This document shows positions 10,525-20,040 of a stretch of 64,000 nucleotides of DNA, one piece after another. A program made the position numbers and the translations under genes. Source of the DNA: Candidatus Omnitrophota bacterium (GTDB taxonomy: Bacteria > Omnitrophota > Gorgyraeia > Zapsychrales > Fredricksoniimonadaceae); contig JACQCF010000027.1 in NCBI GenBank assembly GCA_016201795.1, forward strand, positions 45,454 through 109,453. The letters run 5' to 3'. Numbering within the stretch: the stretch's first letter is position 1; each line of letters opens with the position of its first letter. Under the pieces are notes generated by a model. It saw nothing but the letters and a program-made list of their open reading frames with translations. It was not told the DNA's origin and made no database searches.

Positions 10525-10941
10525 GTGGTTTCTATCCGAAGCAAAGCATTAACTTCCAAACAATTAGCTAGTAAAATTGCTCAATTGGCCGATCATAAGA
10601 AGGCGCAGGACATTGTCATCCTCGATATGCGGGGGTTAGTCAACTTTTGTGATTATTTTGTCTTGGCCACCGGCACTTCTGACCGCCAGGTCAAAGCCAT
10701 TGCCGAAGGTATTTATGAAGGTTTATTGGCTCTTAGCGTGCATGTGCATCGGGGACACAATTTAAAAGGTTTAGAAACAGCCGCCTCGGTGGATGGTTTT
10801 GGCGTGTGGGTTTTGTTGGACATGGGGGACGTGGTCACGCACGTTTTTGAGCCCAATGCGCGGGAATTCTACGGTTTAGAGCATCTTTGGCAGGACGCGC
10901 CCGCCGTTGTCTATAAAGCGCGCGTGAAAAAGAATGTGTGA
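10525..10941 (+). CDS. rsfS: Ribosomal silencing factor RsfS (Iojap)
   Basis: DIVILDMRGLVNFCDYFVLATGTSDRQVKAIAEGI is the RsfS core. GTG start after GGGAG. Confidence 0.8.
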   Translation: MVSIRSKALTSKQLASKIAQLADHKKAQDIVILDMRGLVNFCDYFVLATGTSDRQVKAIAEGIYEGLLALSVHVHRGHNLKGLETAASVDGFGVWVLLDMGDVVTHVFEPNAREFYGLEHLWQDAPAVVYKARVKKNV

Positions 10942-12627
10942 ATGTTTTTCGATATTCGTCGACAACTACAGGAATTGGTTCAAAAGTCCCTACCTACCGG
11001 GCAGGCGGGTCTATCTTCCCTTGAGACCGTAGCGCCTATTTTGATTGATATTCCCGCCGACAAAGCCCATGGGGAGCTAAGCTGCAACATTGCCTTGCAA
11101 TTAAGCCGCACGCTTAAAAAAAATCCCATGGCCATTGCTGCTGATATTCTCAAAAACCTTCAACAAGAGCTCACCCAACATCCTTTAAAAAATTTTTTTG
11201 CCAACATCGAAGTTAAACAGCCGGGATTTATCAATTTTTATCTTTCCCCCCAAGGGTTTTACGCCATTTTGGAAACGGTTTTAAATAAGAAAGATGATTA
11301 TGGCAAGTCTAGTCATGGGGCGCGGACTCCATTTTGTTTGGAATTTGTCTCTGCTAATCCTACTGGACCCTTGACCGTGGCCCATGGCCGTCAGGCCGCC
11401 GTGGGCGATAGCCTGGTTAATGTCCTTAAAACCGTCGGCTACAAAGCCCAAAAAGAGTATTACGTCAACGACGAAGGCAATCAAATCAATATTTTAGGCC
11501 GCAGTATTTATTTTCGCGCCAAAGAAATTTTAGGCGATAAGGCTGAATTTCCCGAGGATGGCTATCAGGGTGATTATATCCGTACCATCGCAGAGGAGTT
11601 TATTAAAAAACATGCCATAAAGGCCTCAGGGGCTTTGGAGAAGATCAACCCTCAACAATGGCGTCAATTTGGGGCGGATTATTTGATGGGGTTAATCAAA
11701 AAAGATTTGGAAGATTTTAACGTTCATTTTGATATTTGGTCTTATCAAAGCAAAATTGCCACCACCAAAGCTATGGAAAGGGTGTTGGCCGATTTTAACG
11801 CAAAAGGCTATATTTATGAGCATGAAGGCGCCTGGTGGTTTAAATCCACGCAGTGGGGCGATGACAAAGACCGGGTGGTTAAAAAAAGTAATGGCGAATA
11901 CACCTATTTGACTCCGGATATCGTCTATCATCAAGATAAATTCGCCCGGGGTTTCAAACATATCGTCGATATTTTAGGTCCTGACCATCACGGCTATATC
12001 CCGCGTATTAAAGCCGCGGCCGCGGCTCTGGGCAAAAGCGTGGATGATCTAGATGTGGTCATCGTACAGCTGGCTACCATTTACCGAAGCGGCAAGCCGG
12101 TGTCTATGTCCACCCGTCGGGGAGAATTTATTACCTTACGCGAGGTGATGGATGAAGTCGGTACAGACGCGGCCCGTTTCTTTTTTCTCATGCGTCAGAC
12201 CGATGCTCATTTGGATTTTGATTTGGAGTTGGCTAAAAAGACTAGCGCTGAGAATCCGGTGTATTACATTCAGTATGCCCACGCGCGCATTCACAGCATT
12301 ATCCGCAAAGCTACCGATGAATCACATTTGACGCCCAGGCTTAAAAGTTTTAGCCTGCTCAAAGAAGTCGAAGAAATGGATTTGATGCGCAAAATGGCGC
12401 TTTATCCGCAGGTGCTTTTAATCTGCGCCAAACAATTGGATCCTTTTGCTTTGGGGCGTTATCTGCAGGAGTTAGCTGGATGTTTTCATAAGTTTTATGA
12501 TGCCCATCGCGTTTTGGATGAGAACAAAGAGCTTTCCCGTGAGCGTTTGGCTTTAATCGAAGCCGCCCGCATCGTCTTGGGCAATGGCTTAAGACTGTTA
12601 GGTGTAACCGCTCCCGAGAAGATGTGA
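10942..12627 (+). CDS. argS: Arginine--tRNA ligase
   Basis: Class I motifs SANPTGPLTVAHGR (HIGH-like) and MSTRRGE (KMSKS-like). DALR anticodon-binding C-terminus. 561 aa. Confidence 0.9.
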   Translation: MFFDIRRQLQELVQKSLPTGQAGLSSLETVAPILIDIPADKAHGELSCNIALQLSRTLKKNPMAIAADILKNLQQELTQHPLKNFFANIEVKQPGFINFYLSPQGFYAILETVLNKKDDYGKSSHGARTPFCLEFVSANPTGPLTVAHGRQAAVGDSLVNVLKTVGYKAQKEYYVNDEGNQINILGRSIYFRAKEILGDKAEFPEDGYQGDYIRTIAEEFIKKHAIKASGALEKINPQQWRQFGADYLMGLIKKDLEDFNVHFDIWSYQSKIATTKAMERVLADFNAKGYIYEHEGAWWFKSTQWGDDKDRVVKKSNGEYTYLTPDIVYHQDKFARGFKHIVDILGPDHHGYIPRIKAAAAALGKSVDDLDVVIVQLATIYRSGKPVSMSTRRGEFITLREVMDEVGTDAARFFFLMRQTDAHLDFDLELAKKTSAENPVYYIQYAHARIHSIIRKATDESHLTPRLKSFSLLKEVEEMDLMRKMALYPQVLLICAKQLDPFALGRYLQELAGCFHKFYDAHRVLDENKELSRERLALIEAARIVLGNGLRLLGVTAPEKM

Positions 12628-12631
12628 AATC

Positions 12632-14320
12632 ATGAACAAACGTTGGATTATCAAAGCCTCTGACCCCCGGCTTCAAAAAGAACTCAGCGACGCTTTAGGC
12701 ATTCATCCGATCCTCGCCCAGCTTCTGATTAATCGCCAGATCACCACCATTGAGGGGGCCCGCCGTTTTTTAACCGCCGATTTATCCATGCTGCATAATC
12801 CGTTTCTTTTGACCGATATGGATAAAGCGGTTGAGCGTATTCAAAGAGCTCAAAGTAATAACGAAAAAATTCTTATCTATGGCGATTACGATGTGGATGG
12901 GGTCACTTCCAGCGCTTTGCTTCGACGTTTGCTTAAACGTCTGGGTATCACGGCGGTCAATTATATTCCGCATCGCATGGAAGAGGGTTATGGCCTTAAT
13001 TGTGGTATTGTAGAATTCGCTAAGAGCTTGAACGTTCATTTGATTATCACTGTGGATTGCGGCATCAATGCCTTTGGCCCTATTGAGGCCATTCATCGCG
13101 CGGGTATGGATGTGATTATTATTGACCATCACGAACCCGACGCAGAGAAAATTCCTCAAGCCCTGGCGGTCATTGACCCCAAACGTTCAGATTGTCTGTA
13201 TCCGTTTAAAAATTTATCCGCGGTGGGGCTGGTGGCGAAATTAGCCCAGGCTTTGTTGGGTTTTGTCCCGGAAGAGGATTTGGATTTGGTGGCTATTGGT
13301 ACGGTGGCTGATGTGGTGGCACTTCGTTGTGAGAATCGTATTTTTGTCAAAAAGGGATTGCCTTTGATCGAGCGAAGTCAGAAACACGGCTTGCAGGCGC
13401 TGTTGGAGGTAGCTAAAATCGCTGGCAAAAAAATGAAACCCTATTATATCGGTTTTATTTTGGGCCCCCGGCTTAATGCGGCCGGCCGCATGGATTCAGC
13501 AACGGTCGCGTTGGATCTTTTATTATCCGAAGATCCCATGCAAGCGGCGGTTTTGGCTAAAAGCCTGGAAGAGCATAATCAAAGCCGTCAGAAAATGCAA
13601 AACGCGGTTGTTGAGGAAGCGCTAAGCATTATTGAAAACCAGGAAGGTTTAAAGGATCAGCAGATTATTGTGGTGCACAAAGAAGGATGGCATAAAGGGG
13701 TTTTAGGGATTGTGGCTTCACGTATTGTGGAAAAATATTATCGACCCACCATTGTGATTTCCATCGAGGATGGGATGGGCACAGGCTCGGCGCGTTCCAT
13801 TGAAGGCTTTCATTTGCATGAAGCGCTCACCAGCTGCGCCGGGTCGCTGGAGAATTACGGCGGGCATCAAAGGGCCGCGGGTCTACGTTTGCGTCAGGAG
13901 AATATCGACCAATTTCGTCAGGCCATCAATGACTTTGCCCGCGAAGTGTTTAAGGATCAGGAATTGGTACCGACGCTGAATATTGATTGCGAAATTCCGC
14001 TTTCAAGCGTTGATTTGCCGATGGTGGAACTCATTGAATCCATGGAGCCGCATGGCGAAGGTAACCCGGTGCCGATTTTTTGCTCCCGGCGTTTGACGGT
14101 CAAAAGTTCCCCGGTGGTGTTAGGCCGTGATACGCTGAAATTCTGGATCAGCGATGGCGGCAAAACTTATTCCGCTGTTGGTTTTGGCATGGGGACGATG
14201 AAAGACAAAGTTAAAATGGGAAGCCAGCTGGATTTAGCCTACAGTTTGGGTATTGATGATTGGAACAAAGCGCCTCTGGTGCAGTTGATCATAAAAGATA
14301 TCAGAACGGTTAATGGTTAA
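12632..14320 (+). CDS. recJ: Single-stranded-DNA-specific exonuclease RecJ
   Basis: DHH motifs ILIYGDYDVDGVTS, IITVDCG and IIIDHHEP, plus a DHHA1 region with GGHQRAAGL. Confidence 0.85.
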   Translation: MNKRWIIKASDPRLQKELSDALGIHPILAQLLINRQITTIEGARRFLTADLSMLHNPFLLTDMDKAVERIQRAQSNNEKILIYGDYDVDGVTSSALLRRLLKRLGITAVNYIPHRMEEGYGLNCGIVEFAKSLNVHLIITVDCGINAFGPIEAIHRAGMDVIIIDHHEPDAEKIPQALAVIDPKRSDCLYPFKNLSAVGLVAKLAQALLGFVPEEDLDLVAIGTVADVVALRCENRIFVKKGLPLIERSQKHGLQALLEVAKIAGKKMKPYYIGFILGPRLNAAGRMDSATVALDLLLSEDPMQAAVLAKSLEEHNQSRQKMQNAVVEEALSIIENQEGLKDQQIIVVHKEGWHKGVLGIVASRIVEKYYRPTIVISIEDGMGTGSARSIEGFHLHEALTSCAGSLENYGGHQRAAGLRLRQENIDQFRQAINDFAREVFKDQELVPTLNIDCEIPLSSVDLPMVELIESMEPHGEGNPVPIFCSRRLTVKSSPVVLGRDTLKFWISDGGKTYSAVGFGMGTMKDKVKMGSQLDLAYSLGIDDWNKAPLVQLIIKDIRTVNG

Positions 14321-14350
14321 TAGTACATTTAACTTTTCACCATTGACTGA

Positions 14351-14578
14351 TTATGCCGCGCGAATAATTTTATTGGCTTGAATGCAGCTGGTGCACACCA
14401 GAGCTCTTTGGACGGTTCCGTGCAGAATAATTTTAATGCGCTGCAAATTCGGCTTCATCACACGGAGGGTTTTACCGACGATTTTGGAACCGGCACCGCC
14501 TTTTTTCTTTGCCATACCGCGTCTTTTATATTTCCTGCCTGGTGCTGCAGATTTGGCGCAAATGATACAATCTCTCAT
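14351..14578 (-). CDS. rpmB: 50S ribosomal protein L28, zinc-ribbon (C+) form
   Basis: MRDCIICAKS...KPNLQRIKIILHGTVQRALVCTSCIQANKIIRAA has the CxxC...CxxC pairs and the PNLQ motif of bL28. GAGGT SD 8 nt upstream of this ATG. The track ORF (to 14695) is a spurious 5' extension. Confidence 0.7.
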   Translation of the reverse strand: MRDCIICAKSAAPGRKYKRRGMAKKKGGAGSKIVGKTLRVMKPNLQRIKIILHGTVQRALVCTSCIQANKIIRAA

Positions 14579-14682
14579 GAAAATGACCTCAAATAGGATG
14601 GTGCAATGAAGATTGCTAACGACTGATTGGTCAAATATACTGGAAATTATATGCTTGTCAAGGGATTTTAGGAAAGGAAACC

Positions 14683-16401
14683 ATGGATTTAGCACAATTG
14701 CCCGCTTATCAACAACGTACCTTTGTGCCTGAGGCAGCGGACTTAACAGATGTCAAGATCGTCAAGGACCTCTATCAAAAATTACTGGATCGGCCCATCT
14801 ATTCCTCTCAAGAGTTGCAAGAGTGGCTTTTGGAGCGCTCGGAATTGGATGCTGCCTTAAATCAAACCGCCTCCATTTTGTATATCCACATGACCTGCCA
14901 TACGGATGACCCTCAAAGCGCAGGGCCCTATACCCAATTTATTCAAACCGTGCCGCCGGCGGTTAAACCTCTTAATGATGAGCTTAATCGTAAATATCTT
15001 AAAATCCTTAAATCTTATCCTTTGGATGCCAGCCGCTATCAGGTGTATAACCGTGCCACGGCCACAGATGTAGACTTGTTCATTGAGGCTAATGTGCCTT
15101 TGCAAACCAAGGTGGATTTATTGTCGCAGGAATATCAAACCGTTTGCGGGGCCATGACGGTTGATTTCGACGGCAAAGAGCAGACCATGCCGCAAATAGC
15201 TAAATATCTGCTGGAGCCTGCCCGCCAAAAACGTGAAGATGCCTGGCGCGCCATGACCAAGCGGCGCATGGCCGATAAAGACAGACTCGAGCATATTTTT
15301 GATGAGATGTTTAAAGACCGCTGTCAGATCGCGGCCAATGCGAGAATGAACAATTTTATTGAGTATCAATTCCGCGCCTATCATCGTTTTGACTATACTC
15401 CATCGGACTGCAAAAAATATCATGAAACAGTTGAGAAACTGGTGGTGCCGCTCTACAGTGAAATTTTAAAGAAACGCCGGCAAGAGATGAAATTAAAGAG
15501 CCTAAGGCCGTGGGACATGGCGGTGGACCCGCAGGGCCGCAAACCTTTGAAACCTTTTGAGAAAGTTTCTGATCTAACGGTCAAGACACAGAAGATTTTT
15601 AATGATCTCGATAATGAACTTGGTAGCCAGTTTCAGCAGATGAAGAATTTGGGGCTTTTGGATTTGGAAAGTCACAAAGGCAAAGCTCCTGGGGGCTATC
15701 AAAATACTCTCAGTGAGGCGCGCAGACCTTTTATTTTTATGAACGCCGTCGGGGTGGATGATGATGTGCGCACATTGCTGCACGAGGGGGGTCACGCGTT
15801 TCACGCGCTGGCTTGTGCCCAGGATCCCTTGCTGGATTATCGCCATGCGCCGATGGAATTTTGTGAATTGGCCTCCATGGCCATGGAGCTTTTAGGCGGC
15901 CAGTACATGGACGAGTTTTATACGCTCGAGGATACCAAACGCTCTAACCGTGAGCATTTGGAGAGCATGGTGCATATTTTAGTGTGGGCGGCTAACATCG
16001 ACGCGTTTCAGCACTGGCTGTATGAGCATCCGAATCATTCGCCGCATGAGCGCCGTCAGGCGTGGGTTAGTTTTTACCAGCAATTCGGCGGCAAATTTCT
16101 GGATTGGCAGGACCTTAAAGAAGAGCAGGCGTATCTATGGCATCGCCAGTTGCATATTTTTGAAGTACCCCTTTACTATATCGAATACGGTATTGCCCAA
16201 CTGGGAGCTTTGCAATTGTGGCTCAAGGCCAAGAAAGATCCTAAGAAAGCTTTGGCGGATTATCGTCATAGCCTTTCCCTGGGCGGTTCCCGGCCCCTGC
16301 CTGAGCTCTACGAGGCTGCTGGCATTAAATTTGATTTTTCGCAAGAGCTCATCAAACCTTTGGTTGACGAAGTTTATAAAGAGTGGTCAAAATTATGGTG
16401 A
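14683..16401 (+). CDS. pepF: Oligoendopeptidase F (M3B family)
   Basis: HEGGHAFH zinc motif, 572 aa, M3B architecture. Confidence 0.85.
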   Translation: MDLAQLPAYQQRTFVPEAADLTDVKIVKDLYQKLLDRPIYSSQELQEWLLERSELDAALNQTASILYIHMTCHTDDPQSAGPYTQFIQTVPPAVKPLNDELNRKYLKILKSYPLDASRYQVYNRATATDVDLFIEANVPLQTKVDLLSQEYQTVCGAMTVDFDGKEQTMPQIAKYLLEPARQKREDAWRAMTKRRMADKDRLEHIFDEMFKDRCQIAANARMNNFIEYQFRAYHRFDYTPSDCKKYHETVEKLVVPLYSEILKKRRQEMKLKSLRPWDMAVDPQGRKPLKPFEKVSDLTVKTQKIFNDLDNELGSQFQQMKNLGLLDLESHKGKAPGGYQNTLSEARRPFIFMNAVGVDDDVRTLLHEGGHAFHALACAQDPLLDYRHAPMEFCELASMAMELLGGQYMDEFYTLEDTKRSNREHLESMVHILVWAANIDAFQHWLYEHPNHSPHERRQAWVSFYQQFGGKFLDWQDLKEEQAYLWHRQLHIFEVPLYYIEYGIAQLGALQLWLKAKKDPKKALADYRHSLSLGGSRPLPELYEAAGIKFDFSQELIKPLVDEVYKEWSKLW

Positions 16402-16438
16402 GTGAGTGTAACGAGTCGAACTTGACCTTCCCCCAACA

Positions 16439-16855
16439 ATGTTAAGAAAAACACATATTACTTTCAAAATCCTCCTGTTTTTGATCTCTATAGATTTACT
16501 GGAAACCTTTGTTCAATTTTGTTTTAAAAAAACCGCTTTGGCTAACAGTAGCTTTGAAGTTAAAACTTTGGAAGGTATTACTCATTTCATCACGGGAGTC
16601 GCTATCTCTCCTTTTTTATGGCTGGCTTTAGCGTCTGTGTTATTGATATTTATTATCTGGTCAACCATACTCTCCAAAATTGATTTAAGCGTCGCTGTTG
16701 CTGTTAACAGTTTTAGTTTTATAACCATTCCGTTGGTATCCGTGGTTTTTTTGCATGAAAGAATTTCTCTTTTAAGGTGGCTGGGGATATTCATCATTTT
16801 AATAGGGGTGGTTCTAGTATCGCTTAGCAGCAAGCCCAAGGAATATCAGCCATGA
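16439..16855 (+). CDS. Half-size (4-TM) EamA/DMT-superfamily membrane protein, ArnE/ArnF-like
   Basis: 138 aa, four hydrophobic helices, EamA-like topology. ATGA overlap with its paralogue downstream. Confidence 0.55.
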   Translation: MLRKTHITFKILLFLISIDLLETFVQFCFKKTALANSSFEVKTLEGITHFITGVAISPFLWLALASVLLIFIIWSTILSKIDLSVAVAVNSFSFITIPLVSVVFLHERISLLRWLGIFIILIGVVLVSLSSKPKEYQP

Positions 16856-17232
16856 AATCACAGCTGGTCCTTATAATATTTTGGATATTCGCATCCGACG
16901 TTTGTGATACTATTTGCCAATTATTGTTAAAATTTTGTATTAATTCTCTGGGATGGCACATCGATAGTATTAAAAAAGCCTTACAACTGACTTTTGAGTT
17001 AGCTAAAATTCCAGTGGCCTGGCTGGGGCTTATGTTCAGTATTTTTTCTTTGTTTATTTGGTTATTTGTTCTGACCCGATCAGATTTAAACTTTGCTTTC
17101 TCTGCTGATAGCATGCGTTATATTTTAATCGCCGTAGCTTCAACGGCCGTATTAAAAGAGAAAATCGGTTTTATGCGCTGGGCAGGAATAGGGACGGTGG
17201 TGTGTGGAATAACACTGGTGGCCTTGGGGTAG
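16852..17232 (+). CDS. Second half-size EamA/DMT protein (probable heterodimer partner)
   Basis: 126 aa, 4 TM. Paired small DMT subunits as in the ArnE/ArnF flippase. Confidence 0.55.
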   Translation: MKSQLVLIIFWIFASDVCDTICQLLLKFCINSLGWHIDSIKKALQLTFELAKIPVAWLGLMFSIFSLFIWLFVLTRSDLNFAFSADSMRYILIAVASTAVLKEKIGFMRWAGIGTVVCGITLVALG

Positions 17233-17245
17233 GCCTGAGGGCTCA

Positions 17246-18388
17246 ATGATGGGATCTCGTTTAAAAGTTAAAATTGTCAAAAAAATTGAGGATGTTTCTG
17301 CGCAAGAGTGGAAGAGCGTCTTTCCCGATGTATTGGAGAATTATTATTTTTTTAAAACTCTCAATGAGTCTAACTTCCGGCAGTTTATATTCTTTTATAT
17401 TTTAGTTTATGACCAGGATATTCTCATCGGGGCCACCAGCTGTTTTATAATGGATTTTCCTTTGGACATTGCCGTCAGCGGGATCTTAAAGAAATTGACG
17501 GGTTTTATTAAAAGTTTTGTGCCGCGGCTTTTGAGCCCCAGGATTCTTATTTGCGGCCTGCCGATGGGGCAGGGAAGGATAGGAATAAAGGCCCAGTCGT
17601 GTAAAGTCATGCAAGCCATCACGCAAGCCATGGACGAAATCGCTCATCAGCAGAAAGTCGGCATTATCGCATTTAAAGATTTTATTTCCGATTACAAAGA
17701 AGCGTTTGATCCTTTGCTTGAGCAAGGTTTTTTCAGAATAGATTCCCTGCCATCTACGTATATGGACATTACTTTTGCCAGTTTTGATGAGTATTTAAAA
17801 TCATTAAGCAGTGTATCTAGAAGCGGTTTGAAAAGAAAATTTAAGGAAATAGACGGTAAAATCAATATTGATTTGGAAGTCACCAGTCAATTAAAGAACA
17901 ATGACTTGCAGGAGGTTTATGCCCTTTATTTGCAGACCTATGCGCGCAGTGAAATTAGCTTGGAAAAACTCACTCCTGATTTTTTTCAAAAAATATCGGA
18001 AAATATGCCCCATGAGGTTAAATTTTTCCTTTGGCGGATTAATCATAAGATAGTGGCATTTGCTTTATGCATGGTGTCCAGAGATTATTTTATTGATTAT
18101 TATCTGGGGTTTGATTATGGGGTGGCTTATCAGTACCATCTTTATTATGTCAGATTCAGGGATCTGATGAAATGGTGTATTGAGAATAATATGAAGAAAT
18201 ATGAAATGGGCCCCACGGCCTATGAGCCTAAAAGAAGGCTAAATTTTAGTTTTATTCCATTACATATTTATGCCAGACATCGGAATAAATTTTTTAACCC
18301 CATTTTTAGAATTTTCTGCCATATAGTAAAGCCGTCTAATTTTGATCCGGTATTTGTCAAAGTTCGTCCTAAAGTTTGTAGTTTATAG
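17246..18388 (+). CDS. GNAT-fold FemAB-like / PF04339 (BioF2-like) family acyltransferase
   Basis: ~380 aa with C-terminal ...YYLGFDYG...YEMGPTAYEPKRRLNFSFIPLHIYARH, resembling the conserved E.G...HK...GF.P.....H tail of PF04339 proteins. Confidence 0.5.
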   Translation: MMGSRLKVKIVKKIEDVSAQEWKSVFPDVLENYYFFKTLNESNFRQFIFFYILVYDQDILIGATSCFIMDFPLDIAVSGILKKLTGFIKSFVPRLLSPRILICGLPMGQGRIGIKAQSCKVMQAITQAMDEIAHQQKVGIIAFKDFISDYKEAFDPLLEQGFFRIDSLPSTYMDITFASFDEYLKSLSSVSRSGLKRKFKEIDGKINIDLEVTSQLKNNDLQEVYALYLQTYARSEISLEKLTPDFFQKISENMPHEVKFFLWRINHKIVAFALCMVSRDYFIDYYLGFDYGVAYQYHLYYVRFRDLMKWCIENNMKKYEMGPTAYEPKRRLNFSFIPLHIYARHRNKFFNPIFRIFCHIVKPSNFDPVFVKVRPKVCSL

Positions 18389-18398
18389 CTAAAGAGAC

Positions 18399-18944
18399 AT
18401 GCGTAAACTAACCCACGAAGAAATCGTCCATCGTCAAACGGCCAAAGTAAACCAGGTGCGATTGCCGTTTTGCGTGGTGCTCAACAATATCCGCAGTTTG
18501 CATAATGTGGGCTCCATTTTCCGCACGGCCGATGGTGTTGGTGTTGAGAAGATTTGGCTGTGCGGCATCACCGGCTATCCGCCGCAGGGCGGCATTGCCA
18601 AAACCGCTTTAGGCGCCGAAGATCATGTACCTTGGGGCTACCGTCAGGACGGCTTAGGTCTTTTGAAGGAGCTTAAGGCTAAAGACTATCAAATCGTGCT
18701 TCTGGAGCAAATGCAAGGGGCTGTGAGTTACGATGAATTTATCCTCAAGCCGCCGGTATGTTTGGTGATCGGCAATGAGATTTCCGGTGTTTCTGATGCC
18801 TGGCTTGAGCTTTGTGATGCGGCTGTTGACATCGACATGGCCGGCATCAAAAATTCCCTCAATGTGTCCGTAGCTTTCGGTGTGATGGCCTATCAAATCC
18901 GCTCCTGCCTTAAACCTCTTGCGCAAAAACCATTGCGACGTTAG
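18399..18944 (+). CDS. TrmH/SpoU family RNA 2'-O-methyltransferase
   Basis: NVGSIFRTADGVGVEKIWLCGITGYP and VIGNEISGVS...SLNVSVAFGV SPOUT motifs. Confidence 0.75.
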   Translation: MRKLTHEEIVHRQTAKVNQVRLPFCVVLNNIRSLHNVGSIFRTADGVGVEKIWLCGITGYPPQGGIAKTALGAEDHVPWGYRQDGLGLLKELKAKDYQIVLLEQMQGAVSYDEFILKPPVCLVIGNEISGVSDAWLELCDAAVDIDMAGIKNSLNVSVAFGVMAYQIRSCLKPLAQKPLRR

Positions 18945-18954
18945 AATAATTTCC

Positions 18955-19176
18955 ATGAATATCGATGCCAAGAAACTTTTACGCAATAAGAAAGTCATCG
19001 CGGAAATCAACCGGCATAAATGGCTGGAAAGCGAAATTGCCGGCTACGATATCGGTTTTGAAGCCGCGGCTGAGAGTTGGCTTAAAAACCACGCTGTCGC
19101 CTGGGTGGCTTACCATATGAAAAACTCCTCCACAACATCCGCCGCAAGCGCCTCTAAAAAGAAAAAACGGTCTTAA
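18955..19176 (+). CDS. Hypothetical small protein with Ser/Lys-rich tail
   Basis: ORF with ATG at 18955. Track start 18919 would overlap the trmH-like gene. No recognisable domain. Confidence 0.3.
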   Translation: MNIDAKKLLRNKKVIAEINRHKWLESEIAGYDIGFEAAAESWLKNHAVAWVAYHMKNSSTTSAASASKKKKRS

Positions 19177-19181
19177 AAACC

Positions 19182-19925
19182 ATGAAGATATTGTTCTATC
19201 GGGGAATTTTAACAGCGCTGTTAGTGAGTGCGTTTGCATGGAGTGTTTGGGCCCAGGATAAAATGAATTTGCCATCGCCGTCAGGTTATGTCAATGACTT
19301 TGCCGGTATGATGGAGCCCGTGGATCAGCAGGCCATTAATGCTTTGTTGACGGCGTTAGAATCAAAAACCACCACCCAGGTGGCCGTGGTCATCGTCGTA
19401 ACCACCCAACCTGACACAATCGAACAATACGCGGTCAAGCTCTTTCAAAAATGGGGCATCGGACAAAAAGGTAAAGATAACGGCGTTTTGTTTTTAATCG
19501 CGGTGCGTGACCACACTTTACGAATTGAAGTCGGCTATGGTTTAGAGGGTGTTTTAACGGATGCGATTAGTTCTCAGGTTATTAGTCAGATTGTCGTACC
19601 TGAATTTAAGCACGAGCGGATGTCCTATGGTATTTTGCAGGGTACCAGAGCCATTGTCAGTTTGATTGCCAAAGAGTATGGGGTGACTGTCACGGGTCAG
19701 GAAGCGGCGATTTACAACAGTCTTCATAGCGACACCTCAGGACTTTGGATTATTGTTTTTGTGTTTATCCTTATTTTTATGTTTTATGCTTTTTCGTTTA
19801 GCCGTCGTGGTGTAGGCTGGTATGGTTATTATGGTGGGGGCGGCGGTTTCTCAGGCGGTTCCGGAGGGTTTGGCGGTTTCGGTGGAGGTATGAGCGGCGG
19901 CGGGGGAGCGAGTGGAAGTTGGTAA
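19182..19925 (+). CDS. TPM-domain (TLP18.3/Psb32/YgcG-like) protein with C-terminal TM and Gly-rich tail
   Basis: Signal peptide, then GYVNDFAGMMEP...LESKTTTQVAVVIV...GIGQKGKDNGVLFLIAVRDHTLRIEVGYGLEG is the TPM phosphatase-domain signature. Followed by a TM helix and a GGGGFSGGSGGFGG tail. Confidence 0.75.
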   Translation: MKILFYRGILTALLVSAFAWSVWAQDKMNLPSPSGYVNDFAGMMEPVDQQAINALLTALESKTTTQVAVVIVVTTQPDTIEQYAVKLFQKWGIGQKGKDNGVLFLIAVRDHTLRIEVGYGLEGVLTDAISSQVISQIVVPEFKHERMSYGILQGTRAIVSLIAKEYGVTVTGQEAAIYNSLHSDTSGLWIIVFVFILIFMFYAFSFSRRGVGWYGYYGGGGGFSGGSGGFGGFGGGMSGGGGASGSW

Positions 19926-19987
19926 GTTTTAAGGTAGTCCCTCGCTTATGCAATAAAGCTCAAAGAGCTCGGGATTAATTCGCACTT

Positions 19988-20019
19988 ATAACTTATGTCG
20001 CTATTACTCCATAAGTTAT
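19988..20019. promoter_or_regulatory. 10-bp inverted repeat ATAACTTATG-N12-CATAAGTTAT upstream of lemA
   Basis: Perfect 10-nt arms read directly. Centred ~35 nt upstream of the lemA ATG, overlapping the likely promoter. Confidence 0.3.
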
Positions 20020-20040
20020 GTGCTCATTAAGGAGACTCAT

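Noticed and set aside
10229-10941. T-box or riboswitch leaders upstream of argS, valS and thrC
   Set aside because: The intergenic spacers are too short for such leaders (0-35 nt for argS and valS; thrC overlaps hom).
14351-14695. 114-aa minus-strand ORF from the track
   Set aside because: Only the distal 75 codons (MRDCIIC...) match bL28 and have an SD. The upstream extension has no motif and runs into the pepF promoter region.
19800-19925. Gly-rich GGGGFSGGSGGFGGFGGG stretch, considered as a possible repeat or separate low-complexity element
   Set aside because: It is in frame as the C-terminal tail of the TPM-domain protein, a common feature of this family. It is not an independent repeat.
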